A stretch of 64,000 nucleotides of DNA from assembly GCF_009914755.1 (NCBI RefSeq), contig NC_060926.1; one strand, 5' to 3'. The notes beneath the pieces are model-generated. The model ran no database searches and was not told where the DNA came from. It worked only from the letters and a program-made list of their open reading frames with translations. The stretch comes from the human T2T-CHM13v2.0 reference genome, Homo sapiens. A program made the translations under genes and the position numbers. Shown here one piece after another: positions 11,514 to 24,373 of the stretch; position 1 is the stretch's first letter; each line of letters begins with the position of its first letter.

Positions 11514-13377
11514 ATCCAAAGTGGTGAGTAATATTGGACCACTTTCACTTGCTATTCTGTTCTATCCTTCCTTAGAACTGGAGGAAAATACCAGGCACAG
11601 GCACCTGTCAGCCAGTTAAAAACAATTAGCGTCGCCGCCACACTTAAGACTCAGGTGTGAGGCTATCTGGGGAAAGACTTTCTAACAACCCCCAACCCAT
11701 CTAGTGGGGATGTTGGTCTGCCTGGAGACAGCTTCCACTTTCAATTTTCTTGGGGAAGCCGAGGGCTCACTAGAGGCAGACAGCTGTTGTCCCAAACTCC
11801 GGGCAGTAGCCGGTTGAGATCATGGTGCAGCCAGGAGTCTCTACTCAGCAGTCGCCGATGCATGTGCCCCTACCTTCCCTTCTGACCCATACATCCTGAG
11901 TCCCGACTGTGACTTTCTTGAAAGTGTAGCCCCAAAATTCTCCTTACCTCTGAATCTACTTCCTCTGATCCCTGCCTCCTGGGTACTAATGATTCAGACT
12001 TTCATTTCCTCTAGCAAGTTGTGTCTCCAAAGGGATCTAAGGAGGCTCTACGCTGCATCCTTAGGCACCTAGGCTATAACCCAAGGAGTCTTATCCCTGG
12101 TGTCCCTCCCGATTTGGGTATACAACTCTCAACATGGGCAGTTATGTAGGACCCATTCCCCACCACACTTGCCAGGGCCCCAAGTTTGTAATGGCTAAGA
12201 GAGAGACACAGAGAGAGAGAGAGAGATGGAGAGAGAGACAAGGAGGGAGTCAAAGAGAAAAAGAAAGAAAAAGAAATAGTAGAAAAAAAAGTGTGCCCTA
12301 TTCCTTTAAAAGCCAGGGTAAATTTAAAACCTGTAATTGATAATTGAAGGTCTTCTCCGTGACCCTGTAACACTCCAATGCCATTTTGTTGTCAGTGTAA
12401 ATAAGGGCATAGCCCAAAAGCACTGAGGTCACTGACAACCCGTAGCTTTCCCATCAAAAATCCTTAACCCAGTAATCCGCGGATGGGCCAAATGCATTCA
12501 GTCGGTAGCAGCAACCGCTTTGCTAAAAGTAGAAAAGTAACTTTTAGAGGAAACCTCATTGTGAGCGCACACCTCACCAGTTCAGAATTATTCTAAGTCA
12601 AAAAAAAAAAAAGCAAAAAGGTAACTTACTAACTCAAAAATCTTAAAGTATAGGTCTATCATATTAGAAAAGGGTAATGTAACTCCAACCACTGATAATT
12701 CCCTTAACCCAGCAGATTTCCTAACAGGGGATTTAAAACTTAATTACCATACAAAGGTCCCACCAGACCTAGGAGGAACTCCCTTCAGGACAGGACGATA
12801 AACGGTTCCTCCCAGGTGATTGAGGAAAAAAACCACAATGGGTATTCAGTAATTGATACAGAGACTCATGTGGAAGCAGTTAGAAAAATTGCCTAATAAT
12901 TGGTCTCCTCAAACGTGTAAGCTGTTTGCACTCAGCCAAGCCTTAAAGTACTTACAGAATCAAAAAGACTCTGAATCCTGACTCAAAAGGTTTGCTACAC
13001 CCTCTGTGAAACAAATTTGCATAAGAACTGTTGTTTATGGGAAGGCATCTTGATGGGGCAGCTGGGTTGTTATGAAATACTCAGGACCCCAGCCCGGCTC
13101 TAGGACTCACCCCTGAGCGCAAAAGGCAATGTTGGGCACGCTGGTAAAGGACCACTAGAATCCAGCAGCCCGGACCCCTTTCTTTGTGGTCAAGAGAGGC
13201 GGGAAAACAGGTGCAGGACTGCTACATCAGTGAGCATAACTAATCCAGTAAGCAGAGGTCCATGGGTGGTTATGCACCCTGGAAAAGAATACGCATTAGG
13301 CCCTTAGAGGATGCTCTAGGACTAATGCTCATCGGAAAATGACTAGGGGTGCTGACATCCCTATGTTCTTTTTTCAG

Positions 13378-14822
13378 ATGGGAAACGTTCCTCCCACCCC
13401 AAGGCAAAAAACACCCCTAAGATGTATTTTGGAGAATTAGGACCAATTTGACCCTCAGACACTAAGAAAGAAATGACTTACATTCTTCTGCAGTACCATG
13501 ATATCCTCTTCAAGGGGGAGAAACCTGGCCTCCTGAGAGAAGTATAAATTATAACACCATCTTACAGTGAGACCTCTTCTGTAGAAAGGAGGGCAAATGG
13601 AGTGAAGTGCAAACTTTCCTTTCATTAAGAGACAACTCGCAATTATGTAAAAAGTGTGATTTATGCCCTACAGAAAGCCCTCAGTCTACCTCCCTATCCC
13701 AGGGTCCCCCCGATTCCTTTCCCAACTAATAAGGACCCCCCTTTTACCCAAATGGTCCAAAGGAGATAGATGAAGGGATAAACAATGAACCAAACAGTGC
13801 CAATATTCCCTGATTATGCCCCCTCCAGGCAGTGGGAGGAGGAGAATTCGGCCCAGCCAGAGTGCATGTACCTTTTTTTTTCTCTCAGACTTAAAGCAAA
13901 TTAAAATAGACCTAGGTAAATTCTCAGATAACCCTGATGGCTATATTGATGTTTTACAAGGGTTAGGACAATCCTTTGCTCTGACATGGAGAGATATAAT
14001 GTTACTGCTAAATCAGACACTAACCCCAAATGAGAGAAGTGTCACCATAGCTGCAGCCCAAGAGTTTGGCAATCTCTGGTATCTCAGTCAGGTCAATGAT
14101 AGGATGACAACAGAGGAAAGGGAATGATTCCCCACAGGCCAGCAGGCAGTTCTCAGTGTAGACCCTCACTGGGACACAGAATAAGAACATGGAGATCGGT
14201 GCCGCAGATATTTGCTAACTTGCGTGCTAGGACTAAGGAAAACTAGGAAGAAGCCTATGAATTATTCAGTGATGTCCACTATAACACAGGGAAAGGAAGA
14301 AAATCATACTGCCTTTCCGGAAATACTAAGGGAGGCATTGAGGAAGCATACCTCTCTGTCACCTGACTGTATTGAAGTCCAACTAATCTTAAAGGATATG
14401 TTTATCACTCAGTCAGCTGCAGACATTAGAAAAAACTTCAAAAGTCCACCTTAGGCCCAGAGCAAAACTTAGAAACCCTATTGAACTTGTTAACCTCAGC
14501 TTTTTATAATAGAGATCAGGAGGAGCAGGCGGAACAGGACAAACAGGATTAAAAAAAGACCACCGCTTTAGTCATGGCCCTCAGGCAAGTGGACTTTGGA
14601 AGCTCTGGAAAAGGGAAAAGCTGGGCAAATTGAATGCCTAATAGGGCTTGCTTCCAGTGTGGTCTACAAGGACACTTAAAAAAAGATTGTCCAAGTAGAA
14701 ATAAGCTGCCCCTTCGTCCATGCCTCTTATGTCAAGGGAATCACTGGAAGGCCCATTGCCCCAGGGGAGGAAGGTCCTCTGAGTCAGAAGCCACTAACCA
14801 GATGATCCAGCAGCAGGACTAA
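13378..14822 (+). pseudogene. HERV-W gag, disrupted
   Basis: ATGGGAAACGTTCC start after a ttttttcag acceptor; capsid peptide SDLKQIKIDLGKFSDNPDGYIDVLQGLGQSF; NC zinc knuckle CFQCGLQGHLKKDC; multiple stops and frameshifts. Confidence 0.9.
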
Positions 14823-17424
14823 GGGTGCCCAGGGCAAGCCCCAGCCCATGCCATCACCCTCACAGAGCCCCGGGTATGCTTGACCATTGAGGGCCAGGAG
14901 GTTAACTGTCTCCTGAACACTGGCACAGCCTTCTCAGTCTTACTTTCCTGTCCCGGACAACTGTCCTCCAGATCTGTCACTATCTGAGCGGTCCTAGGAC
15001 AGCCAGTCACTAGATATTTCTCCCAGCCACTAAGTTGTGACTGGGGAACTTTACTCTTTTCACATGCTTTTCTAATTATGCCTGAAAGCCCCACTCCTTT
15101 GTTAGGGAGAGACATTCTAGCAAAAGCAGGGGCCATTATACATCTGAACATAGGAGAAGGAACACCCGTTTGTTGTCACCTGCTTGAGGAAGGAATTAAT
15201 GCTGAAGTCTGGGCAACAGAAGGACAATATGGATGAGCAAAGAATGCCCATCCTGTTCAAGTTAAATTAAAGGATTCCGCCTCCTTTCCCTACCAAAGGC
15301 AATACCCCCTTAGACCCGAGGCCCAACAAGGACTCCAAAAGATTGTTAAGGACCTAAAAGCCCAAGGCCTAGTAAAACCATGCAATAGCCCCTGCCATAC
15401 TCCAATTTTAGGAGTAAGGAAACCCAACGGACAGTGGAGGTTAGTGCAAGAACTCAGGATTATCAATGAGGCTGTTGTTCCTCTATACCCAGCTGTACCT
15501 AACCCTTATACAGTGCTTTCCCAAATACCAGAGGAAGCAGAGTGGTTTACAGTCCTGGACCTTAAGGATGCCTTTTTCTGCATCCCTGTACGTCCTGACT
15601 CTCAATTCTTGTTTGCCTTTGAAGATCCTTTGAACCCAACGTCTCAACTCACCTGGACTGTTTTACCCCAAGGGTTCAAGGATAGCCCCCATCTATTTGG
15701 CCAGGCATTAGCCCAAGACTTGAGCCAATTCTCATACCTGGACACTCTTATCCTTCGGTATGGGGATGATTTAATTTTAGCTACCCATTCAGAAACGTTG
15801 TGCCATCAAGCCACCCAAGTGCTCTTAAATTTCCTCGCTACCTGTGGCTACAGGTTTCCAAACGAAAGGCTCAGCTCTGCTCACAGCAGGTTAAATACTT
15901 AGGGCTAAAATTATCCAAAGGCACCAGGGCCCTCAGTGAGGAACGTATCCAGCCTATACTGGCTTATTCTCATCCCAAAACCCTAAAGCAACTAAGAGCA
16001 TTCCTTGGCATAACAGGCTGCTGCTGAATATGGATTCCCAGGTACAGTGAAATAGCCAGGCCATTATACACACTAATTAAGGAAACTCAGAAAGCCAATA
16101 CCCATTTAGTAAGATGGACACCTTAAGCAGAAGCGGCTTTCCAGGCCTTAAAGAAGGCCCTAACCCAAGCCCCAGTGGTAAGCTTGCCAACAGGGCAAGA
16201 CTTTTCTTTATATGTCACAGAAGAAACAGGAATAGCTCTAGGAGTCCTTACACAGGTCTGAGGGATGAGCTTGCAACCCATGGCATACCTGAGTAAGGAA
16301 ACTGATGTAGTGGCAAAGGGTTGGCCTCATTGTTTACGGGTAGTGGCAGCAGTAGCAGTCTTAGTATCTGAAGTAGTTAAAATAATACAGGGAAGAGATC
16401 TTACTGTGTGAACATCTCATGATGTGAATGGCATAGTCACTGCTAAAGGAGACTTGTGGCTGTCAGACAACTGTTTACTTAAATACCAGGCTCTATTACT
16501 TGAAGGGCCAGTGCTGCGACTGTGCACTTGTGCAACTCTTAACCCAGACACATTTCTTCCAGACAATGAAGAAAAGATAGAACATAACTGCCAACAAGTA
16601 ATTGCTCAAACCTATGCCACTCGAGGGGACCTTTTAGAGGTTCCCTTGACTGATCCCAACCTCAACTTGTATACTGATGGAAGTTCCTCTGTAGAAAAAG
16701 GACTTTGAAAAGTGGGGTATGCAGTGGTCAGTGATAATGGAATACTTGAAAGTAATCCCCTCACTCCAGGAACTAGTGCTCAGCTGGCAGAACTAATAGC
16801 CCTCACTCGGGCACTAGAATTAGGAGAAGAGAAAAGGGTAAATATATACAGACTCTAAGTATGCTTACCTAGTCCTCCATGCCCATGCAGCAATATGGAG
16901 AGAAAGGGAATTCCTAATTTCCAAGGGAACACCTATCCAACATCAGGAAGCCATTAGGAGATTACTATTGGCTGTACAGAAACATAAAGAGGTGGCAATC
17001 TTACACTGCCGGTGTCACCAGAAAGGAAAGGAAAGGGAAATAGAAAGGAACCACCAAGCGGATATTGAAGCCAAAAGAGCCGCAAGGCAGGACCCTCCAT
17101 TAGAAATGCTTATAGAAGGACCCCTAGTATGGGGTAATCCCCTCCAGGAAACCAAGCCCCAGTACTCAGAAGAAGAAATAGAATGAGGAACCTCACAAGC
17201 ACATAGTTTCCTCCCCTCAGGATGGCTAGCCACTGAAGAAGGAAAAATACTTTTGCCTGCAGCTAACCAATGGAAATTACTTAAAACCCTTCACCAAACA
17301 TTTCCCTTAGGCATTGATAGCACCCATCAGATGGCCAAATTATTATTTACTGGACCAGGCCTTTTCAAAACTATCAAGCAGATAGTCAGGGCCTGTAAAG
17401 TGTGCCAAACAAGTAATCCCCTGC
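14823..17424 (+). pseudogene. HERV-W pro-pol, disrupted and integrase-truncated
   Basis: Protease LNTG (DTG Asp to Asn), RT motifs LDLKDAFF, LPQGF and YGDD, RNase H LYTDGSS, integrase N-terminal H..H..CKVC followed by a deletion. Confidence 0.92.
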
Positions 17425-17680
17425 ACTGCAGGCCATACATTTCAATCCCTGTATCTTTAACCTCCTTGTTAAGTTTGTCTCTTCCAGAATCAAAGCTGTA
17501 AAACTACAAATAGTTCTTCAAATGGAGCCCCAGATGTAGTCCATGACTAAGATCTACCGCGGACCCCTGGACAAGCCTGCTAGCCCATGCTCTGATGTTA
17601 ATGACATGGAAGGCACCCCTCCCGAGGAAATCGCAACTGCACAACCCCTATTACACCCCAATTCAGCAGGAAGCAGTTAG
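17418..17680 (+). pseudogene. HERV-W env remnants (short SU island plus TM cytoplasmic tail)
   Basis: PLHCRPYISIPV island (17418-17453), then ...VKLQIVLQMEPQM*SMTKIYRGPLDKPASPCSDVNDMEGTPPEEIATAQPLLHPNSAGSS* ending TAG 17678-17680. Confidence 0.88.
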
Positions 17681-17738
17681 AGCATTCATCAGCCAACCTC
17701 CCCAACAGCACTTGGGTTTTCCTATTGAGAGGGGGTAC

Positions 17739-18516
17739 TGAGAGACAGGACTAGCTGGATGTCCTAGGCTGACTAAGAATCCCTAAGCCTAGCTGGGAAG
17801 GTGACCACATCCACCTTTAAATACGGGGCTTGCAACCTAGCTCACACCCAACAGATCAGAGAGCTCGTTAAAATGCTAATTAGGCAAAAACAGGAGGTAA
17901 AGAAATAGCCAATCATCTATTGCCTGAGAGCACAGCAGGAGGGACAAGGATTGGGATATAATCCCAGGCATTCGAGCTGGCAACAGCAACCCCCTTTGGG
18001 TCCCCTCCCTTTGTATGGGAGCTGTTTTCACTCTATTTCACTCTATTAAATCTTGCAACTGCACTCTTCTGGTGCATGTTTGTTACTGCTTGAGCTGAAC
18101 TTTCACTCGCCATCTACCACTGCTGTTTTGCCGCCGTCGCAGACCCACTGCTGACTTCCATTCTTCTGGATCCAGCAGGGTGTCCACTGTGCTCCTGATC
18201 CAGTGAGGCACCCATTGCCGCTCCCGATCTGGCTAAAGGCTTGCCATTGTTCCTGCATCGCTAAGTGCCTGGGTTCGTCCTAATCAAGCTGAACACTAGT
18301 CACTGGGTTCCACAGTTCTCTTCCATGACCCACGACTTCTAATAGAGCTATAACACTCACCTTATGGCCCAAGATTCCATTCCTTGGAATCCATGAGGCC
18401 AAAAACCCCAGGTCAGAGAACATGAGGCTTGCCACCATGTTGAAGTGGCCTGCTGCCATTTTGGAAGTGGCCCACCACCATCTTGGGAGCTCTGGGAGCA
18501 AGGACCCCTGGTAACA
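17739..18516 (+). promoter_or_regulatory. HERV-W 3' LTR (LTR17)
   Basis: Preceded by PPT gagagggggtac; poly(A) signal ATTAAA 18045-18050; about 50 substitutions plus 3 indels versus the 5' LTR (hand count, ~6-7%). Confidence 0.95.
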
Positions 18517-18989
18517 CAATGGTCATGATGACACTAACCTCAAAGTTTTGTCACTTATTATCTCTATTGATAGTTCACTGTTATGCAAAATTTGCCTCCT
18601 ATAACTTTATTTTTGTTATCTTTGTCTTCTGAGGACAAACTGAAAATTAAATGAGAATTGTCCCATTTTCACAACCATTTTCTCAGATCACAGTTCCACC
18701 GAATTTCTAAAAATTCGTTTTTCTGGGATATATCCAGTTTTTTAACCATAGCTTATAAAATGAGAAAACATGATATTTAATTCACTCAAAATCATGTGAT
18801 TTTTTTTCTGCAGTTACAATTGATTAAGGTTCTTCCTAAATTTTTATTAGAAACTGAGTCCAAAATTTCAGTTATGATTTCACACCAGCAGAAAAGAGTA
18901 GCACCCCTACTATGTACCAATTAGTAAAGCTAAGTTTGGGTTTCATGTATTAGCTCTCATGGGCTACTCGGAGATAAATTGATCTTGCA

Positions 18990-19260
18990 GTCAATTAAAA
19001 GCAAAGGATTTTTTGCTAGAAGTGTGCTACCAAGCTGTGTGTCTCTGGCTTGTGCAGTTAACTATTTAAACCTAAAAGCAGTACTTTATACCTTTTAAAG
19101 GTCAAATTGCTGGTTTCAATCCGGTGTTCTGGCCTCTCATGTTCTTCTTTGATTCCCGCATAAAAGGCTTGTGTCATCTGCAAAGGTGATGAGCCTTTCT
19201 CTCTTACACAGCTTCATGAATGTCTTAGCTGAAAATGTTGACCAGAGGCTCATCAGCAAA
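18990..19260 (-). mobile_element. L3/CR1 LINE fragment (RT region)
   Basis: Minus strand reads ...LITFADDTSLL (CR1 RT FADD motif) followed by aaagtactgcttttaggtttaaatagttaactgcacaag, similar to CR1 consensus. Confidence 0.6.
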
Positions 19261-20177
19261 GTCAATTCTCTAGCCAGAGCAGTGTCCTCAACTTTCAAAC
19301 CAGATTATAGTGAGGAAGTTATGCTGTTTGTCACACACAAGAAGAAAGGAAATTGCATACTGCTGCCAATATTGCACTCTTCCTGAAAATAAATAGAAAT
19401 GGCCTTTCAAGAGCTCCCAAAATGAAGTTTAGGATGTTTTAAAAATTCTTCTTTCAATAGTAGGATGGCAGAAGGAACACCTGAAATATTGCTTGTTTGT
19501 ATTCTCAGAACTTTTGCTGTTAATTCTAAACAAAATTGGCAGTTATTTGCATAACCTCATATGAAAGGGAATGAAAGGTCTTTATGCCCAAAAACATTTT
19601 ATTTGCGTATTCATTCATTCAATCAATAAATGATTAAGCAAATATTAAGTTCTTGTTATATTCAGAAAATGTAGTGGATTCTGGACATTCAAAGATAAAG
19701 TATTATCCTGCCCTTGGAGCTGAATCACATAAAGGAGGTAATAGAAACTCAAGCAAGTGGAATAAAATGTTAAGGAGTTTTATTACCTACTCAGAATAGT
19801 AAGATAGCATGAAAGTAGGATACAATAATACATAGTATATCTATATTAACGTATCTAAATCTAATCTACATATACATACCAAAACAACCATTGGAAAATA
19901 TTATGGAAGTTCTCTTTTAGAATTTCAACAGATACCTCTGAATAAATAATAATAATCTGATGTATTTCATATTATAAAACTATAAAATATTACTCATATT
20001 ACACAACTAGTTAGTATAAGGACAAGATTTAGACTTACCTCATCCACTTTCTGAGTCCGTGCACTAAAGCACTATATCAGAGCTCACCTTCTAGAATGGC
20101 AAAAATCAAAATGAGTATTAATTCTCAGTGATATTGAGGATATGAGAAAACTCATGTATTGGTAGTGCAAATACAAA

Positions 20178-20901
20178 TTGCTATAAAGAACTGCCTGAGA
20201 CTGGGTAATTTATAAAGGAAAGAGGATTAATTGACTCATTGTTCAGCATGGCTGGGGAGGTCTCAGGAAACTTACAATTATGGCAGAGGCGAAAGGGTAC
20301 CAAGGCACCTTCTTCACAAGGCAGCAGGAAGGATAAGTGCTGAGCAAATGGGGAAGAGGTCCTTATAAAACCATCAGATCTTGTGAGAACTTACTATCAT
20401 GAGAACAGCACAGGGAAACTGTCCGATGATTCAACTACCTCTACCTGGTCTTTCTCTTGACACATGGGGATTATGGGGATTACAATTCAGGATGAGATTT
20501 GGGTAGGGACTATATTAGTCTGTTTTCACGCTGCTGATAAAGACATACCAGATACTGGGCAATTTACAAAAAAAAAAAAAAAAAAAAAGAGGTTTAATTG
20601 GACTTACAGTTCCACGTGGCTGGGAAGCCTCCCAATCATGGCGGAAGGCAAGGAAGAGCAAGTCACGTCTTACTTGGATGGAAGCAGGCAAAGAGAAAGA
20701 TCTTGTGCAGGGGAATTTCTCTTTTTAAAACCATCAGATCTAGTGAGACTTATTCACTATCATGAGAACAGCATGGGAAAGACTTGCCCCGTGATTCAGT
20801 TACCTCCCACTGGGTCCCTCCACAACACATGGGAATTCAAGATGAGATTTGGGTGGAGACACAGCCAAACCATATCAGGGACACAAAGCCTAACCATATC
20901 A
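20178..20901 (-). mobile_element. THE1D-like MaLR LTR, interrupted
   Basis: ctataaagaactgcctgagactgggtaatttataaagg... and end acaaagcctaaccatatca; split by a second THE1 LTR at 20511-20877. Confidence 0.8.
20511..20877 (-). mobile_element. THE1A-like solo LTR nested in the older THE1 LTR
   Basis: tatattagtc...acagccaaaccatatca flanked by 5-bp TSD GGGAC (20506-20510, 20878-20882). Confidence 0.88.
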
Positions 20902-22627
20902 CCTATAAAAATACAAAATTATGCAAATGTACATGTGCCATGATGTTCTTTGCACTATTATTTATAATAGAAGATTGGCTAAATAAATTTCAATACATCC
21001 ATGTAGTAGAACACTATGCAATCATTTGAAAAGACAAGTAAAAGGTAAAACTATAGAGACATAAGCAGACCAGCAGTTGCATGGGCTGGGGTGGGAGTGG
21101 GCAGTGAAAACAAGAAGGTACAAGGAAAATTTTAGGGGTTGATGGAAATGTCTTAAAATTGAATTGTAGTGATAATTGTACAACTGGAAACATGTACTAA
21201 AAACTGATCAAACTACAAAAAACCTGTAAGTCTAGATAATAAATTATCAACAATAGTTACCTCAAGATGTGGGAATTATGAGAAACCTTTCAACGTAAAT
21301 AATCTGTATTATTTATATATTGCTACATTTTATTTTTGTGGATTACTTTAGTACTCAGAAAAACAGCTCCTAAATAATATCTATCTTAAATCAATAAACA
21401 ATATCATATAATGATGAAAACCCACTAAACCCACTTTCCCAATTATAATAAAGATGATTACTAACATTACTATTTTTTCAAGTAATGAGGCACAAGTACT
21501 AAAAATAACCAAATATAATTACTATTATTGGTAATGATTTGATTGCCTGTATGAGAAACCAAGTGAAAGACTACAAAATGAAATGTAGTCAATAATATGG
21601 TTAGTTATGAAATAAATGTTTAGAAATCAGTATTTTTCTATATGTTTACAATAACAAAAGAGAAAATATAACAAGAACTCTTTAGATTAACTCAGTAAGA
21701 AAGGTATACAACCTATACAAGGAAAACCACAGACTTCCCTGAGGGTAACAAAAGCATAGAATAAATGCTATTTTTTTAGTTAAGATGATATTTTAAAGAG
21801 GTGAGTTATATACACATTGATCTACAAATGTAGTGAAATTTCAATACATGTTTGTGTTTCATTTGTAAATTTTTAAAAATTTTAAAGAGTGACCACATAA
21901 AAATAAGACTTTTCTAGAATTATAACAATGAGGGATAATTAGGTATTTGATATTAAAATTTATTTTATAGTCACTATAATTTAAGAGTAGCATTGTCATT
22001 TGAATACGACAGACCAAAAGAACAAAACATATCCCCTCACATATATAAAAGAAGAAATTATATGATAAAGACAATACTATTTCAAATTAGAGAGAAAAGC
22101 AAGAATTAATAGATAAATACTATTGGACGCAGCTGCAGCTCACAAGTTCAAAAATAAATTAGATTCCTACTTCTCACTTTATCCCCAAGACAAAAGTGAT
22201 ATGTGCATTTAAAACAACAGTCCAAGATTCCTAAGGAAAGGCCTTTCTGTTTAAAAAAATACAAATTCACTGATAATAGTCTGTGAGCATTGTGGTTTCC
22301 AATGTCATTAGTATCTAACCTAAACATGAGATCAAAAAGACAATAAAAGAAGAAACATCCAGACCTTAGAGAGAAAAATTATTTCAACTGTCCCCAGCAC
22401 TGTGAGTATTTAAGAAAAAAAATGGATTTTTCAGACAGATTTTCACTAAAATCCTGGCCCTACCACTTACTAAGCAATTACTTAGTCTCTCTCTTTGCCT
22501 CAGTTTCCTTTTGAGTAAAGTAAAATAAATAATATATACCAAATTAGATATGATAGTTAAATGAAATAATTTATGCAAAGTACTTTACTGGCAGTTAGAT
22601 CTTAAATTAATGTTACCCTTACCTATC

Positions 22628-23010
22628 TGTAATAGTCTGCTTGGGCTGCCATAACAAAATACCATAGACTGAGTGGCTTAAACAACATAAATTTATGTTC
22701 TTATAGTTCTGGTGTCTGGAAAGTTTAAGATCAAAATGCTGGCCCATTCAGTTCTGGGGAGGGCTTTTCTTTTGGCTTGCAGACAACCTCCATTTTTCTG
22801 TCTTCACATAGTAGAGACAGAGAGAGTGCAAGCTCTCTGTTGTCTCTTATCATAAGGGCACTAATCCCACCATGAGGGCCCCACCCTTGCAGCCTCATCT
22901 AACCCTGATTACCTCCCAAAAGCCCCATCTCCAAATGCCATCAAGCTGGGAATTAGGACTTCAATATATGAATTTTTGGCAGGAGGGATACTAACATCCA
23001 GTCCATCATA
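22628..23010 (-). mobile_element. MLT1A-type MaLR LTR
   Basis: tgtaatagtctgcttgggctgccataacaaaataccatagactgagtggcttaaacaac...aacatccagtccatcata. Confidence 0.8.
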
Positions 23011-23537
23011 CTGTTCCACTCTCTTTCTTCTCCAAATACTTGCAGAACAAGAAATGCTAATGGCTAGCTTCCTTAACTATTATTTTCCCTGTATGTCCTT
23101 AAAATTTAGATAGATAAGAGCATTCATCAAAACAGTTACTGATTTATTCAACAAACAGTTCATAAGCACCTACAATTTTCCAAGGATTGTGCTAGGTGCT
23201 GGAATTATACAAATTAGTTAATCAGACATGGTTCTAGCCTTCAACAACCAACTTCAGATCATGTTTTATTTCTTCCTTAAAAACCACTATTTCCCTCCCT
23301 CTGTAGGGCTCTATTAATGTTAAGAGTTTTCCTATTTATTCAGTCATTTTCTTCTTGGAAAAAGCAGCACAGGTAGGCATGGGCCATTATTATCTCCATT
23401 GAATACATGAGAAAAAATAGGTGCATAGAATTTAAGGACAGGCCATAATATTCATAGATGCTTGGCACTAGAGAAGATGAAATGAAGAAGAGTTACTTTC
23501 AAAGTCTATGTCTTTGAATGTCTTTGCTTTCTTCTCA

Positions 23538-23875
23538 GTCTACATTCTTTAAAGAAGCAAGCCTGTTTGGACTCCTGACAACATTGAAGTACAATGTCTT
23601 TTCAAAAATATTTACTAAAATAATTTCTCCATTTAACCTACAGAACAGCCTCATGAGCAAGAGGTACCTCTCTTCTTCAGCAGTTTCGTAAAATTGAAGT
23701 GAGGAAAAGGTCATAATATCAATTTCAACAGGACTTAAGTTGAAAAACAGTATTTTATCAGTATCTGGTGATGCCACAAAGAAACATATGGCCATGTTCC
23801 TTTTCAAAGGAAAGGTTTTCATTTATGTTGTTTATAATGCAGCACACAAAAAAATAGGAAAATTCCAAGCAATAG
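23538..23875 (-). pseudogene. Candidate exon, copy 2 of duplicated unit
   Basis: 95-codon open frame 23822-23538 (...VASPDTDKILFFNLSPVEIDIMTFSSLQFYETAEEERYLL...), similar to 24374-24586; frameshifted upstream part (IAWNFPI). Confidence 0.4.
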
Positions 23876-24373
23876 TTATTGAAGTAATTATCATTGATCA
23901 TTTCAGATAATGAAACTAAAGTTTAAACCATCAAGTGTCTTATATAAGGTACCACACAGTTGGAGTTTGTGTACACTTATCTAATGTTCCTTTTATTTTT
24001 CATAAAAATGATACTAACACATGGCAAAACATTTTTCTTTTAAAAGTAAAAAAAAAAAAAAAGTTGTTTCATCTCTCTCTGCAATGTTAGCCCAAGTCCT
24101 ACCTCCACTACCCAGAAGTAACCAGCCTTGTCTGGTCCTTGTGAAAAATCAGGCACCTAACATTGATGTGTATAAATACCCCTTTTAAACATATAAATGA
24201 GATTATCATAAAAATAATATTTTGCAGCCTTCTAGTATCAGTAGCAATATACTTTGGACAGTTTTCTAGAACAGCATATGTAGTTCTACCTCATTCTTTT
24301 TAATGACATATCAATTTCATAAGGGCCAAATTCTCATTTTTTTCCTGGCTCTTGGTAACCGCTGTCCTTTCTA

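Larger units (their letters stand above)
10743..18516 (+). mobile_element. HERV-W (HERV17/LTR17) provirus, defective
   Basis: Two full LTR17s (TG...CA), 4-bp TSD CAAT (10739-10742; 18517-18520), PBS, AG-rich pre-gag leader, gag/pro/pol remnants, env tail and PPT. Complete U3-R-U5 LTRs indicate a true provirus rather than an L1-mobilised HERV-W processed copy. Confidence 0.97.

Noticed and set aside
15444-15902. HERV-W RT ORF as a functional enzyme
   Set aside because: Fragment only, YGDD variant motif, and flanked by stops and frameshifts.
10743-18516. Identity with ERVW-1 (syncytin-1)
   Set aside because: env is almost entirely deleted and the tail retains the 12-nt segment absent from ERVW-1.
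19093-19382. Exon-like minus-strand segment with a strong acceptor and long frame
   Set aside because: The frame contains the CR1/L3 RT motif FADDT and flanking L3-like sequence; better explained as a LINE fossil, so excluded from the candidate gene.
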